Position numbers and translations under genes: made by a program. 47,979 bases of DNA from an uncultured Rhodospirillaceae bacterium (lineage in GTDB: Bacteria; Pseudomonadota; Alphaproteobacteria; GCA-2731375), in assembly GCA_964462145.1 (NCBI GenBank), contig CAYWYB010000002.1:1-47979 (forward strand). Direction: 5' to 3'. Under the pieces are notes generated by a model. The model was not told where the DNA came from and did not search any database. It saw only the letters and a list, made by a program, of their open reading frames with translations. Below are positions 18,404 to 28,019 of this stretch, piece after piece; positions within the stretch are counted from its first letter, which is position 1, and each line of letters begins with the position of its first letter.

Positions 18404-21094
18404 TCAGCTGGCCTCTTGTATGCGGGTTTCGCGTAGGATCGCCTTGATTTCCATACGGCAAGAGCCGCAGTTGGTGCCGGCGTTCAGGGCATTACCGATG
18501 GCATCGACCGTGTTGCAGCCGCCCATGGTTGACGCTTCGATGATTTGGTTGCGTCCGACTTCGAAGCAGGCGCAGACTATGGTGCCGGGATCCGGCTCGG
18601 CACCGGCGGACCTGCCAGCCAACAATCGCAACCGCTGGGTGGGATCAGCAAACTCTGCGTCTAACTGTTCACTGGCCCAGGCGCGGGGAACTGTTATAGC
18701 CTCGGCAGCTACGAACAGCGCGCCCAGGAGTTTTTGGCCTTGAAAACAGGCGAAACGGTGCTGCCCCGCCTGTGCGTCATGGTAGGCAAGCAGTTCCGCG
18801 CCGGCGGTGTCGGTGATCTGCAACAAATCTTGGACAAACGCCGTCCAGTCTTCGGGCGGGCGTTTTCCGGCAAGCTCCATACGCCAACCGGTGCCGGCGG
18901 GCGCCATGGACCAATAGTCCCCGAACCGCTGGCTTGGCTTTGCTGCCATGAGGGCAAGACCGTGCCAAGCAGCCGTGAATGGCGCGATGGCGACGTTGCC
19001 CCGCTTGAATTCAGGTTGGCCGGAAACCGGATCGAGGTTGGCCGCGATCAAGGCGTTGACGCGCCCGTCACTGGCAAATTGATCGTTCCAATGCATGGGC
19101 ACAAAGATCGAGCCGGGCCGCTGCCGCGTCGTCTGCCGAACGCGAACTATAATTGACCCATGGGCGCTGCGGACCCGGGCCAGGGCCATATCCCGCAGTC
19201 CGTATTGCGCGGCGTCGTGGGGATGCACATCGACAAAGGGCTCGGACAGATGCTGCATCAAGCGCGCAGATTTGCCGGTCCGCGTCATGGTGTGCCATTG
19301 GTCGCGAATGCGCCCGCTGTTCAGAACCAGCGGGTAAGCGGCTGACTGCGCCTGGCCGGGTTCGGTATAAACCGTCGCCACAAAACGGGCGCGGCGATCC
19401 GGGGTAAAGAAGTTTCCATTGGCAAAAAATCGGCGTGGCTTTGCCTTATGGCCGGCGACCATGGGCCATTGAAACGGCTGCAGGCGATCGTAGTCATCAG
19501 CGGAAATCGTGTCATGGGCGGAGATGTCAAAATCCCGCGTACCGTCGTTGCGGAAGCCGGACAGTGCCGCATATTCCGAATAGATCCGAGACGGTTGTTC
19601 ATGGCCGAAAGCATCGGCAAAGCCCATGCGGCGGGCGACTTCCTGGATGATCCACCAATCGGGCCGTGCCGCACCGGGCATCGGCAGGAACGAACGTTGC
19701 CGCGAAATGCGGCGCTCCGAATTCGTCACAGTGCCGCTTTTTTCGCCCCAGGCGGCGGCGGGCAGCAGAACGTCCGCCTGGGCCGTTGTATCGGTATGGC
19801 GGGTCACGTCTGAGACCACGACAAAGGGACAGGCTTCCAATGCCGCGCGCACGCTATCAACCTCGGGCAGGCTATCCAGCGGATTCGTCGCCATGATCCA
19901 CAGCGCCTTGACGCGGCCATCGCGTACGGCCTCGAACAATTCGACCGCCTTTAGGCCGGGTTGTTCCGCCAGATTGGTGCTGCCCCAGAAATCGCCGACC
20001 AGGGCGCGGTGTGTGTCATTTTCAATATCCATGTGGCAGGCAAGCTGGTTGGCAAGGCCGCCGACCTCGCGTCCGCCCATGGCATTCGGCTGGCCGGTGA
20101 CCGAGAATGGCCCCATGCCGGGGCGGCCAATACGGCCCGTCAACAGATGGCAATTGATGATGGCATTGACCTTGTCCGTGCCGCTGCGGGATTGATTGAC
20201 GCCCTGGGAATAGACGGTGACCACGCGCTCGGTCCCTGCGAACAGATCGTAAAATTCCTGCAGCGCCGTGGGTTCAAGTTCCGTAAGCCGTGCGACATCG
20301 GCATTGCCAAAAGATTGAGCCGCCACCAACGCCGCATCCAATCCATTCGTGTGTCCATCGACATAGCCACGATCCATGGCGCCTGTATCGTGCAGATGCG
20401 CCAGCAGGCCATTAAACAGGGCGACGTCCGAACCGGGCTTCAACGGCAGATGCAGATCGGCGGCTTCCGATGTCGCGGTCTGGCGGGGATCAATGACGAC
20501 GATCTTGGTGTCGGTCTGATCCCGCGCCGCTGCAATGCGCTGAAACAGCACCGGATGGCACCAGGCCAGGTTGGAGCCAACCAGGACAATGACATCTGCC
20601 AACTCAAGATCTTCATAGCAACCCGGCACCGTGTCGGAGCCGAAGGCCCGCTTGTGTCCGGCGACCGAAGACGCCATGCAAAGCCGGGAGTTGGTATCGA
20701 TATTGGCGGAGCCGATGAAACCCTTCATCAGTTTGTTGGCCAGGTAATAGTCTTCGTTAAGCAATTGACCGGAGACGTAGAACGCGACCGAGTCCGGACC
20801 ATGCGCCGCGATGGTCTCCTGGAAGCGGTCCGCCACCTGGCCCAGCGCGGTATCCCAATCGGACGGCGCACCGTCTACAATTGGCTGCAGCAGCCGATCG
20901 TCCAATGACAAGGTTTCGGCCAGCGCAGTGCCTTTGGAGCAAAGGCGCCCGTAGTTTGAGGGATGCTCCGGGTCGCCTGTTATTTCCGTACTGCCATCGG
21001 CTCGAGTGGTGGCCAGAATGCCGCAGCCCACCCCACAATAGGGGCAGGTTGTCTTAACAGTCGTGCCGCACTTGGAACCAGTACCCTTGGTCAT
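18404..21094 (-). CDS. nasA: Assimilatory nitrate reductase catalytic subunit with a C-terminal BFD-like 2Fe-2S domain
   Basis: N-terminal CPYCGVGCG 4Fe-4S motif, a MopB core, and C-terminal CACFEV...CGSCRMEI. The ATG at 21094 lies 4 nt after the nirD stop. Confidence 0.9.
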   Translation of the reverse strand: MTKGTGSKCGTTVKTTCPYCGVGCGILATTRADGSTEITGDPEHPSNYGRLCSKGTALAETLSLDDRLLQPIVDGAPSDWDTALGQVADRFQETIAAHGPDSVAFYVSGQLLNEDYYLANKLMKGFIGSANIDTNSRLCMASSVAGHKRAFGSDTVPGCYEDLELADVIVLVGSNLAWCHPVLFQRIAAARDQTDTKIVVIDPRQTATSEAADLHLPLKPGSDVALFNGLLAHLHDTGAMDRGYVDGHTNGLDAALVAAQSFGNADVARLTELEPTALQEFYDLFAGTERVVTVYSQGVNQSRSGTDKVNAIINCHLLTGRIGRPGMGPFSVTGQPNAMGGREVGGLANQLACHMDIENDTHRALVGDFWGSTNLAEQPGLKAVELFEAVRDGRVKALWIMATNPLDSLPEVDSVRAALEACPFVVVSDVTRHTDTTAQADVLLPAAAWGEKSGTVTNSERRISRQRSFLPMPGAARPDWWIIQEVARRMGFADAFGHEQPSRIYSEYAALSGFRNDGTRDFDISAHDTISADDYDRLQPFQWPMVAGHKAKPRRFFANGNFFTPDRRARFVATVYTEPGQAQSAAYPLVLNSGRIRDQWHTMTRTGKSARLMQHLSEPFVDVHPHDAAQYGLRDMALARVRSAHGSIIVRVRQTTRQRPGSIFVPMHWNDQFASDGRVNALIAANLDPVSGQPEFKRGNVAIAPFTAAWHGLALMAAKPSQRFGDYWSMAPAGTGWRMELAGKRPPEDWTAFVQDLLQITDTAGAELLAYHDAQAGQHRFACFQGQKLLGALFVAAEAITVPRAWASEQLDAEFADPTQRLRLLAGRSAGAEPDPGTIVCACFEVGRNQIIEASTMGGCNTVDAIGNALNAGTNCGSCRMEIKAILRETRIQEAS

Positions 21095-21098
21095 CTTG

Positions 21099-21446
21099 TC
21101 AGGCCGCCCGTGCCGCCGCCAATGCCGCCAGGTCGAGGAGGATGCGGCCCTCGGCAAGTTTGAGCGAAAATGTCTTAACCCGGCCCTCGTCGGCGCCCTG
21201 CGCCTCGCCGGTCTCCAGACTGATGACCCAATTGTGCAGGGGGCATGTCACGGCCTTACCATGCACGATGCCCTGACTCAAAGGACCGCCGCCATGGGGG
21301 CAACGATCTTCAATGGCGAAAACTTCATCCGGGGCACTGCGGAACACCGCCAGGCAACCGGCGGGCGTCTTGATCACCCGGGCGCCGCGCACGGGAATAT
21401 CATCAAGCGGGCCGACGTCGACCCAGTTTTCTTCTTTCAGTTTCAT
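21099..21446 (-). CDS. nirD: Nitrite reductase small subunit (Rieske-like)
   Basis: A 115 aa protein with CPHGGGPL...CPLHNW motifs. It overlaps the nirB stop by 4 nt. Confidence 0.9.
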   Translation of the reverse strand: MKLKEENWVDVGPLDDIPVRGARVIKTPAGCLAVFRSAPDEVFAIEDRCPHGGGPLSQGIVHGKAVTCPLHNWVISLETGEAQGADEGRVKTFSLKLAEGRILLDLAALAAARAA

Positions 21447-23893
21447 TCCGCCGCCTCCAAGGTGACAAGATTGGCAAGTGGGGCAAACTCGCGGCTGCCG
21501 GGACCCATCGTTCGTTCAGCCCAGGGGTCCGACTGCGAGAACTTCTGCGAATGGACGAAGCGTTCGAATAGCGCCTGGCGCCGATCTGCATCTTCCAGCA
21601 AAAGCGTTCGAATGGTGTCGATACCGACTCGGCGGGCCCATTTGTAGATACGCTCGAGATAGTGGCCCTGTTCCCGATAGAGCTGCACCAGGGCAACAAT
21701 CATCTCCAACGCCTCGTCCTCGGTGGCGACCTTACCCAGGACCTCGGTGCCCTTGATGTCCAACCCGGCGGCGCCGGCGAAATGGATCTCGTAGCCGCTG
21801 TCGATGCAGATCACGCCCACATCCTTGCATGTGGCCTCCGAACAGTTTCGCGGGCAGCCCGATACCGCCATCTTGACCTTGGCCGGTGTCCACGAACCCC
21901 ACATGAATTTCTCGATCCGCATACCCAGGCCGGTGGAATCCTGTGTGCCGAAGCGGCACCAATCCGTTCCCACGCAGGTTTTCACCGTGCGCAATGCCTT
22001 GCCATATGCATGTCCCGACACCATGCCGGCGGCATTCAGGTCGGCCCACACGGCGGGCAGGTCTTCCTTTTGCACGCCCAGCATATCAATGCGTTGACCG
22101 CCCGTGCATTTGACCGCTGGAATGTCGAATTTGTCGACCACATCGGCGATGGCGCGCAATTCGTCCGCGCTGGTCATGCCGCCCCACATGCGGGGCACGA
22201 CGGAGTAGGTGCCGTCCTTTTGGATGTTGGCGTGTACCCGTTCGTTGATAAAGCGCGATTGGCCATCGTCGACATATTCGCCGGGCCATGTCGCCAGCAG
22301 ATAGTAGTTCAGGGCCGGTCGGCATTTTGCGCAGCCGCCCGAACTTGTCCATGCCAGCGCCTGCATGACATCGGGGATGGCTTTGAGTTTCTTGGCCACG
22401 ATCAGGTGGCGGATGTCCGCATGCCCCAGTTCCGTACAGCCGCACATGGGCTGGGTGCCGCTGGGATCATAGGCATCCCCCAATGTCGTGGCGAGCAGGC
22501 CTTCGACCAGGCCGGTACAAGTGCCGCACGAGGCGGAGGCCTTGGTATGCGCCCTGACATCATCAAGGGAGGTCAGGTTCTTGCCGTTGATGGCGGTAAC
22601 GATTTGGCTTTTGCAGACGCCGTTGCAGCCACAGATCTCTGCATCATCGGGCAGGGCGGCAACGGCTGCCATAGGGTCGGGCTGTGCGCCCCCAGCGTAG
22701 GCGGGACCAAAAATCAGAGTCTCGCGCATATCCGATATATCGGTGCTGTCCCTGATCAGTTGGAAGAACCAGGCACTGTCCGAGGTATCGCCATACAGCA
22801 CCGCGCCAATGACCGTATTGCCCTCGAGAACCAGGCGCTTGTATATACCGCCCTGGGCATCCCGCAGGACGATTTCGTCGCGATCGTCACCGTCCTCGAA
22901 ATCACCGGCGGAAAACAGATCAACCCCGGTTACCTTCAGTTTCGTGGCCAATGCGGTTTCCGTGAAACCATCGCCTTCAACACCGGCCAGCCGGGCCGAT
23001 AGTACGCTTGCCATGGCATACAGCGGGGCGACCAGACCATAGACGTTACCGCCGAATTCAACACATTCGCCGACCGCGAAAATATCGGGATCAGAGGTCT
23101 GCATGTGCGCATCGACCAGAATGCCCCGATTTGTGTCGATACCCCCAGCCTCAGCCAGGGCGGCGTTGGGCCGGATGCCCACAGCCATGATGACGATCTT
23201 GGCATCGATCTCGGTGCCATCGTCCAAACGCACGCCTTTTACATAGTCATCGCCGATGATCTCCTTGGTATTGGCGGACGTGATGACATTAATGCCCCGC
23301 GCCTCCAACTCACGTTGCAGCAGATGCCCCGCTGTCGGATCCAATTGCCGTTCCATCAAGGTTGGTCCTAGGTGGACCACCGTAACATTCATGCCCCGCT
23401 CTTTAAGGCCGGCGGCGGCCTCCAGCCCAAGAAGCCCGCCGCCGATTACAACGGCGTCGCCACCCGACTGCGCCGCGATCAACATGGCCTTCACATCGTC
23501 CATGTCGCGATAGGTCAGCACGCCCGGCAAATCGTGTCCGGGCACCGGAATGATAATGGGCACGGAGCCCGTGGCGATCAGCAACTTGTCGTAAGGGGCG
23601 GTGGTGCCGTCTTCTGACGTGACGACCTTGGCGTCCCGGTCGATGTTGGAGACCTTTCGCCCCTTTAGAAGGCGGACGCCATGTTGTTCGTACCAAGTGT
23701 CGCCATGGATGACGATTTCCTCGTATGACTTTTCACCGGAGAGTACCGGGGACAGCAGAATTCGATCGTAGTTGGTGCGCTGTTCGGCATTAAAGATTGT
23801 TACGTCGTAGGCATCCGGCGCGCTTTCAAAAAGCCGGTCCAAGACACGGCCCGGGGCCATGCCGTTGCCAATTACCACAAGTTTCTGCGTCAT
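21443..23893 (-). CDS. nirB: NAD(P)H-dependent nitrite reductase large subunit
   Basis: FAD/NAD fold (KLVVIGNGMAPG), a BFD-like CGCNGVC segment and the sirohaem/4Fe-4S motif (TCVGTDWCRFG...SGCPRNC). The start is placed at the ATG at 23893 (MTQKLVVIG). Confidence 0.95.
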   Translation of the reverse strand: MTQKLVVIGNGMAPGRVLDRLFESAPDAYDVTIFNAEQRTNYDRILLSPVLSGEKSYEEIVIHGDTWYEQHGVRLLKGRKVSNIDRDAKVVTSEDGTTAPYDKLLIATGSVPIIIPVPGHDLPGVLTYRDMDDVKAMLIAAQSGGDAVVIGGGLLGLEAAAGLKERGMNVTVVHLGPTLMERQLDPTAGHLLQRELEARGINVITSANTKEIIGDDYVKGVRLDDGTEIDAKIVIMAVGIRPNAALAEAGGIDTNRGILVDAHMQTSDPDIFAVGECVEFGGNVYGLVAPLYAMASVLSARLAGVEGDGFTETALATKLKVTGVDLFSAGDFEDGDDRDEIVLRDAQGGIYKRLVLEGNTVIGAVLYGDTSDSAWFFQLIRDSTDISDMRETLIFGPAYAGGAQPDPMAAVAALPDDAEICGCNGVCKSQIVTAINGKNLTSLDDVRAHTKASASCGTCTGLVEGLLATTLGDAYDPSGTQPMCGCTELGHADIRHLIVAKKLKAIPDVMQALAWTSSGGCAKCRPALNYYLLATWPGEYVDDGQSRFINERVHANIQKDGTYSVVPRMWGGMTSADELRAIADVVDKFDIPAVKCTGGQRIDMLGVQKEDLPAVWADLNAAGMVSGHAYGKALRTVKTCVGTDWCRFGTQDSTGLGMRIEKFMWGSWTPAKVKMAVSGCPRNCSEATCKDVGVICIDSGYEIHFAGAAGLDIKGTEVLGKVATEDEALEMIVALVQLYREQGHYLERIYKWARRVGIDTIRTLLLEDADRRQALFERFVHSQKFSQSDPWAERTMGPGSREFAPLANLVTLEAAE

Positions 23894-23999
23894 TTCCGTA
23901 CCGGCAGCTGCCGTTCCCTGAATTTCACTGCTTTGCCTGGGAGATCTCATCGCGGGCGGCAATATTGCAGCGCACAATGAAATCCCTGCTCTCTTCCAA

Positions 24000-24014
24000 G
24001 CAAGAGCTGTGCCA
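24000..24014 (-). promoter_or_regulatory. Sigma-54 (-24/-12) promoter directed at nirBD-nasA
   Basis: The minus strand reads TGGCAC-AGCTC-TTGC, an exact match to TGGCAC-N5-TTGC. The -12 element lies about 107 nt upstream of the nirB ATG. Confidence 0.7.
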
Positions 24015-24122
24015 ACTCAAGAAAATTCTTAATAGGCTGAAATTAAAGGGAAAAATTTTTCGCGTGGAGAATTGATTAATCTTGCGCCGCATAAAATTCG
24101 TACAAATCGGCATGTTATGATG

Positions 24123-24156
24123 AAAAAATAGGCGAAAATATATGCGCCTATTTTTT
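24123..24156. promoter_or_regulatory. Perfect 12-bp inverted repeat (AAAAAATAGGCG-N10-CGCCTATTTTTT) between the two sigma-54 promoters
   Basis: The arms at 24123-24134 and 24145-24156 are exact reverse complements. Related TAGGCG motifs occur at 24156-24161 and 24245-24250. Confidence 0.6.
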
Positions 24157-24207
24157 AGGCGAAGAATGAAGTCTTTATATTTCAATGCCTTAGCGCGTTT
24201 CAAAAGT

Positions 24208-24222
24208 TGGCACGAATATTGC
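24208..24222 (+). promoter_or_regulatory. Sigma-54 (-24/-12) promoter directed at narK and the kinase gene
   Basis: The plus strand reads TGGCAC-GAATA-TTGC, an exact consensus match, 64 nt upstream of the narK ATG at 24286. Confidence 0.7.
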
Positions 24223-24285
24223 GACGCAACAAAAGACGGGCGCATAGGCGTTCACTTCAGTACCGGCAGTAAATGGGAACACGCA

Positions 24286-25764
24286 ATGTCAGTTAGCAAG
24301 GGCGTACTTAACCCCCTCAATCTGAAAGATCCGAAAATACGCACCCTGCATTTCACCTGGGTCGCCTTCTTCATCTCGTTTTTTGTCTGGTTCAACCACG
24401 CGCCGCTGATGGCCTCGATCCGGGATACCTTCGGGCTGAGCAAGCAGGAAGTCATTGCCCTGCTCATTCTGAATGTGTCGCTTACCATCCCTGCGCGGAT
24501 AATCGTTGGCATGCTGGTGGACAAGCTTGGCCCACGGATCGTCTACTCAGTATTGCTGGTCATTTCTGGTCTGCTGTGCGTTGCCTTTGCCCTCGCCGAT
24601 AGTTTCGAGGCCATGGCGGTAACACGGTTCCTGCTTGGATTTGTCGGGGCCGGTTTTGTCATCGGTATTCGCATGGTGGGCGAATGGTTCCCGGCCAGGC
24701 AGGTTGGTGTTGCCGAAGGCATATACGGCGGCTGGGGCAATTTCGGCTCCGCCGCCGCGGCCATGACCCTGCCGACATTGGCATTCTTCTTCGGCGGCGA
24801 AGACGGCTGGCGCTGGGCCATCGGCTGTACCGGGGCCGTCGCGATTATCTACGCCGGCATTTATTATAAATCCGTGCGCAACACGCCCAAGGGCTCGACC
24901 TATTTCAAACCCAAAAAGACCGGCGCCATGGAGGTCACATCAAAGCGCGACTTCTTCATCTACATTTTCATGCTGGCGCCAATGATGCTGGCCCTTGGCG
25001 TGCTTGCCTGGAAGTTGGGACCGGGCAATCTATCCATGCTGTCTGCGACGGCGACCAATGGGATCTATGGCGTTCTTGCCGCCCTCTACGGCTATCAGGT
25101 CTATCAGGCCTGGAAAATCAACCGGGACGTTTTCAGGAGATCCGTACCGCAGATCCACCGCTACAAATTCAAGCAGGTCGCCGTGCTCGATCTGGCCTAT
25201 TTGGTAACCTTCGGCTCGGAACTGGCGGTGGTCTCCATGCTGCCCCTGTTCTTTATGGACACGTTTGGTCTGTCCACCGTCATGGCGGGACTGTTGGCGT
25301 CGGGCTATGCGTTCATGAACCTTGTTGCCCGACCGGGCGGCGGCCTGCTTTCGGACCGCTTTGGCCGCAAACGAACCTTGTTGATCCTATTAACGGGGCT
25401 GGCCTGCGGCTATCTCGCCATGTCGCAGATCACCTCGAGCACCTGGCTGCCCCTGGCGATCATCACCACCATGGCCTGCTCGTTCTTTGTTCAGGCTGGA
25501 GAAGGCGCGGTGTTTGCCATGGTGCCCATTGTCAAACGGCGCATGACCGGCCAGATCGCCGGCCAGGTCGGTGCCTATGGCAGCGTCGGCGCTGTGACGT
25601 TTCTGACCGTGCTATCGTTCGTGACGCCGCAGCTGTTTTTCCTCATCATTGGCGCCACGGCCATTGTCACCATCGTCGCGACACTGCTGTTCTTGGACGA
25701 ACCAAAAGGCCAGGTGGCCGAAGAGATGCCTGACGGCAGCATAGCCATGATCGACGTGGGATAG
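24286..25764 (+). CDS. narK: MFS nitrate/nitrite transporter (NarK/NrtP type)
   Basis: A 12-TM MFS profile with nitrate/nitrite porter signatures ([20 protein letters not shown]). The start is placed at the ATG at 24286 ([11 protein letters not shown]). Confidence 0.9.
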   Translation: MSVSKGVLNPLNLKDPKIRTLHFTWVAFFISFFVWFNHAPLMASIRDTFGLSKQEVIALLILNVSLTIPARIIVGMLVDKLGPRIVYSVLLVISGLLCVAFALADSFEAMAVTRFLLGFVGAGFVIGIRMVGEWFPARQVGVAEGIYGGWGNFGSAAAAMTLPTLAFFFGGEDGWRWAIGCTGAVAIIYAGIYYKSVRNTPKGSTYFKPKKTGAMEVTSKRDFFIYIFMLAPMMLALGVLAWKLGPGNLSMLSATATNGIYGVLAALYGYQVYQAWKINRDVFRRSVPQIHRYKFKQVAVLDLAYLVTFGSELAVVSMLPLFFMDTFGLSTVMAGLLASGYAFMNLVARPGGGLLSDRFGRKRTLLILLTGLACGYLAMSQITSSTWLPLAIITTMACSFFVQAGEGAVFAMVPIVKRRMTGQIAGQVGAYGSVGAVTFLTVLSFVTPQLFFLIIGATAIVTIVATLLFLDEPKGQVAEEMPDGSIAMIDVG

Positions 25765-25786
25765 ACGCCATGACCGAGATGCCAAA

Positions 25787-27502
25787 ATGAGCGGCGGGCC
25801 GGACGTCGTCATCGGGCAATGTTCCATTGCCGGGCGTAAGGCGCGCAACGATGATTCCTATGGCGTCTTGATTCCCGAGGGTCCTCTGCTTTTGACCAAG
25901 GGCATCGCCATGGCCATCGCGGACGGCATGTCCTCGTCCGAAGCGGCGAAAGAGGCCAGCGAAACCTGCGTCAAAAGCTTTCTCGACGACTATTTCTCCA
26001 CCCATGAAAGCTGGACCGCGAAAAAATCCGTCGCCGCCGTACTAAAGGCCACCAACAACTGGCTCTATGCCCAGGGACAAACCGTCTATCTTTCGAACCG
26101 TGGCATGGTCACGACGTTTTCGGGCCTCGTCCTGAAGGCCGGCATGGCGCACGTCTTCCATGCCGGGGATACCAGGATATCGTTACTTAGGGATGGCACG
26201 TTGGAGCCTCTGACCCGCGACCACCGGCTCCGCGTCTCGCGCAATCAGGAGTACTTGTCGCGCGCCTTGGGCATCGATCCCGACCTGGAAGTGGATTACC
26301 GCAGCGAGGCGTTGGCCCAGGGCGATGTCCTGGTATTCACCTCCGACGGTGTGCACGACCATGTTGATCCGGGACAAATCTGCAAGATCGTCGGGGGCGC
26401 CGGCGATGATCTGGACGCCGCCGCCCGTGCCATTGTGCAAAGCGCCTTCGACAATGCCAGCGAGGACAATCTCACTTGCCAGCTTGTCAAGGTGCTTGAT
26501 CCAGGCCGAATTGATGAAAACAGTCATCTTCGGCAATTGACGGCGTTGCCGTTTCCACCGGACCTATCGCCGGGCATGACGTTCGAGGGCTATCACATCA
26601 TTGCTGAGTTGCATGCCAGCAAACGCGTTCAGGTCTATTTGGCGGCTGATGTGGCGAGCAAGGCAAGGGTGGTCATCAAAACGCCCTCGGTCAACTACGA
26701 GGACGACCCGGCCTATATCGAAATGTTCACGCGCGAGGAATGGGTCGGGCGCCGCCTGCAAAGTCCCCATGTTGTCCGCGTGGTACAGGATCGGGGGCCC
26801 AAGCGTTTTCTCTACTACGTAACCGAATTCATTGACGGCGATACCTTGCGGATTTGGATGGAGAAGAACCCAAAACCGAAAACATCAGAGGTTCGCCGCA
26901 TCGCCGAACAGATCGCCATCGGTCTTCGCGCCTTTCACCGTAAGGATATGGTGCATCAGGACCTAAAGCCCGAGAACATCATCATTGACGAATACGGTAG
27001 CGCAAAAATCATAGATTTTGGTTCGACGGGCATTGCGGGTTTGGATGAAATTGACAGCCCATCTGATATCCCAACCTTGGTTGGCACCCTGGGTTATACG
27101 GCGCCCGAATACCATCTGGGGGAGAAGCCGACCAATCGTAGCGACATTTTTTCCCTCGGTGTCATCGTCTATGAAATGCTGACCGGCAAGCTGCCCTATG
27201 GTGAAGGATTTACCAGTGCGAAGGCAGCCTCGCGACTGACATCTACCGCCGCTTCCACTCATGATCCGTCGATACCAACTTGGGTCTCGGCAACCTTGGC
27301 CAAGGCAACCCATTGCGATCCTGGCAAACGCTACGATGCGCTATCTGCTTTTATTTACGACCTCGGCCGGCCTAATTCGAACTTGGAACAAGTCTCGGTT
27401 CGCCCGTTGATAGAGCGTCATCCGCTAGCATTCTGGAAATGGCTGGCTGTTGCTTCGTTGTTAATCAATCTTGCTCTTCTCTATGCCCTGAACGCCCTAT
27501 AA
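25787..27502 (+). CDS. Bifunctional PP2C-type Ser/Thr phosphatase plus Hanks-type Ser/Thr protein kinase, C-terminally membrane-anchored (571 aa)
   Basis: The N-terminal approximately 240 aa carry PP2C motifs (RNDDSYG, IADGMSS, VFTSDGVHD, ASEDNLT). The kinase has VIKTP (Lys), HQDLKPENI, DFG and GTLGYTAPE motifs. A terminal TM helix is present (FWKWLAVASLLINLALLYAL). The gene starts 22 nt after narK. Confidence 0.85.
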   Translation: MSGGPDVVIGQCSIAGRKARNDDSYGVLIPEGPLLLTKGIAMAIADGMSSSEAAKEASETCVKSFLDDYFSTHESWTAKKSVAAVLKATNNWLYAQGQTVYLSNRGMVTTFSGLVLKAGMAHVFHAGDTRISLLRDGTLEPLTRDHRLRVSRNQEYLSRALGIDPDLEVDYRSEALAQGDVLVFTSDGVHDHVDPGQICKIVGGAGDDLDAAARAIVQSAFDNASEDNLTCQLVKVLDPGRIDENSHLRQLTALPFPPDLSPGMTFEGYHIIAELHASKRVQVYLAADVASKARVVIKTPSVNYEDDPAYIEMFTREEWVGRRLQSPHVVRVVQDRGPKRFLYYVTEFIDGDTLRIWMEKNPKPKTSEVRRIAEQIAIGLRAFHRKDMVHQDLKPENIIIDEYGSAKIIDFGSTGIAGLDEIDSPSDIPTLVGTLGYTAPEYHLGEKPTNRSDIFSLGVIVYEMLTGKLPYGEGFTSAKAASRLTSTAASTHDPSIPTWVSATLAKATHCDPGKRYDALSAFIYDLGRPNSNLEQVSVRPLIERHPLAFWKWLAVASLLINLALLYALNAL

Positions 27503-27647
27503 ATCAGGCACGGGCGGCCAGAGAGAATGCATTTATCGTAAATATATAGTCCAGAAAACGGGACCCATTCATTTCAACAACAAGCAGATTTGACGGCATC
27601 CCTGCGGGCACCAAACATTTCCCACCAGCGCCGAAGAATCCTGCCAG

Positions 27648-27836
27648 CTAGTTTATCTCGGGATCGAGTTCCTCCAGCTCGATCTGGCTGTCGTTGGGAT
27701 CCGGCTGGCCAAGCCAACGGACGCCCTCCTCGGTTGAAAGTTCGGTCAGATCGCCCAGGATGGCGACGCGTTCAACAACGCTGGCCTGCGGCGCAGTATA
27801 TTTTTCGGCCTTCATTGGAGAGTGTTCTAGCGACAT
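27648..27836 (-). CDS. Small acidic hypothetical protein (62 aa)
   Basis: An ORF from the ATG at 27836 (MSLEHSPMKAEKY...). No recognisable motif, and coding status is uncertain. Confidence 0.25.
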   Translation of the reverse strand: MSLEHSPMKAEKYTAPQASVVERVAILGDLTELSTEEGVRWLGQPDPNDSQIELEELDPEIN

Positions 27837-28019
27837 CTTCGCCCCTGTTTCCGCGGGGCGGGTTGGCGCTGATATGAGAAAGCCAGCGCAGCACCACCCC
27901 TCTGTTTGGTGTTTCTGCGTCTGGCTTGCGTAGGCTCGTTCGCAGGCCAAATCCGCTTTATTAAAGGAGCTTAGGTCGCTTTAACGGTGCTTGGCACACC
28001 CTCTGGCAAGTCCGCTTTT

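Noticed and set aside
23953-23968. A sigma-54-like element, CGGCAA-TATTG-CAGC, on the plus strand upstream of nirB.
   Set aside because: The GG/GC spacing fits, but the -24 and -12 hexamers deviate (CGGCAA and CAGC). It points away from nirB, and it is far inferior to the two exact matches nearby. A similar weak case, TGGCAC-N..-TGGC at 28002-28017, has the wrong spacing.
23897-24270. A shared 10-mer, GTACCGGCAG, just upstream of both the nirB (23897) and narK (24259) start codons.
   Set aside because: It is in the same orientation on the plus strand, and therefore antisense with respect to nirB. A single 10-mer coincidence within about 400 bp is not compelling statistically.
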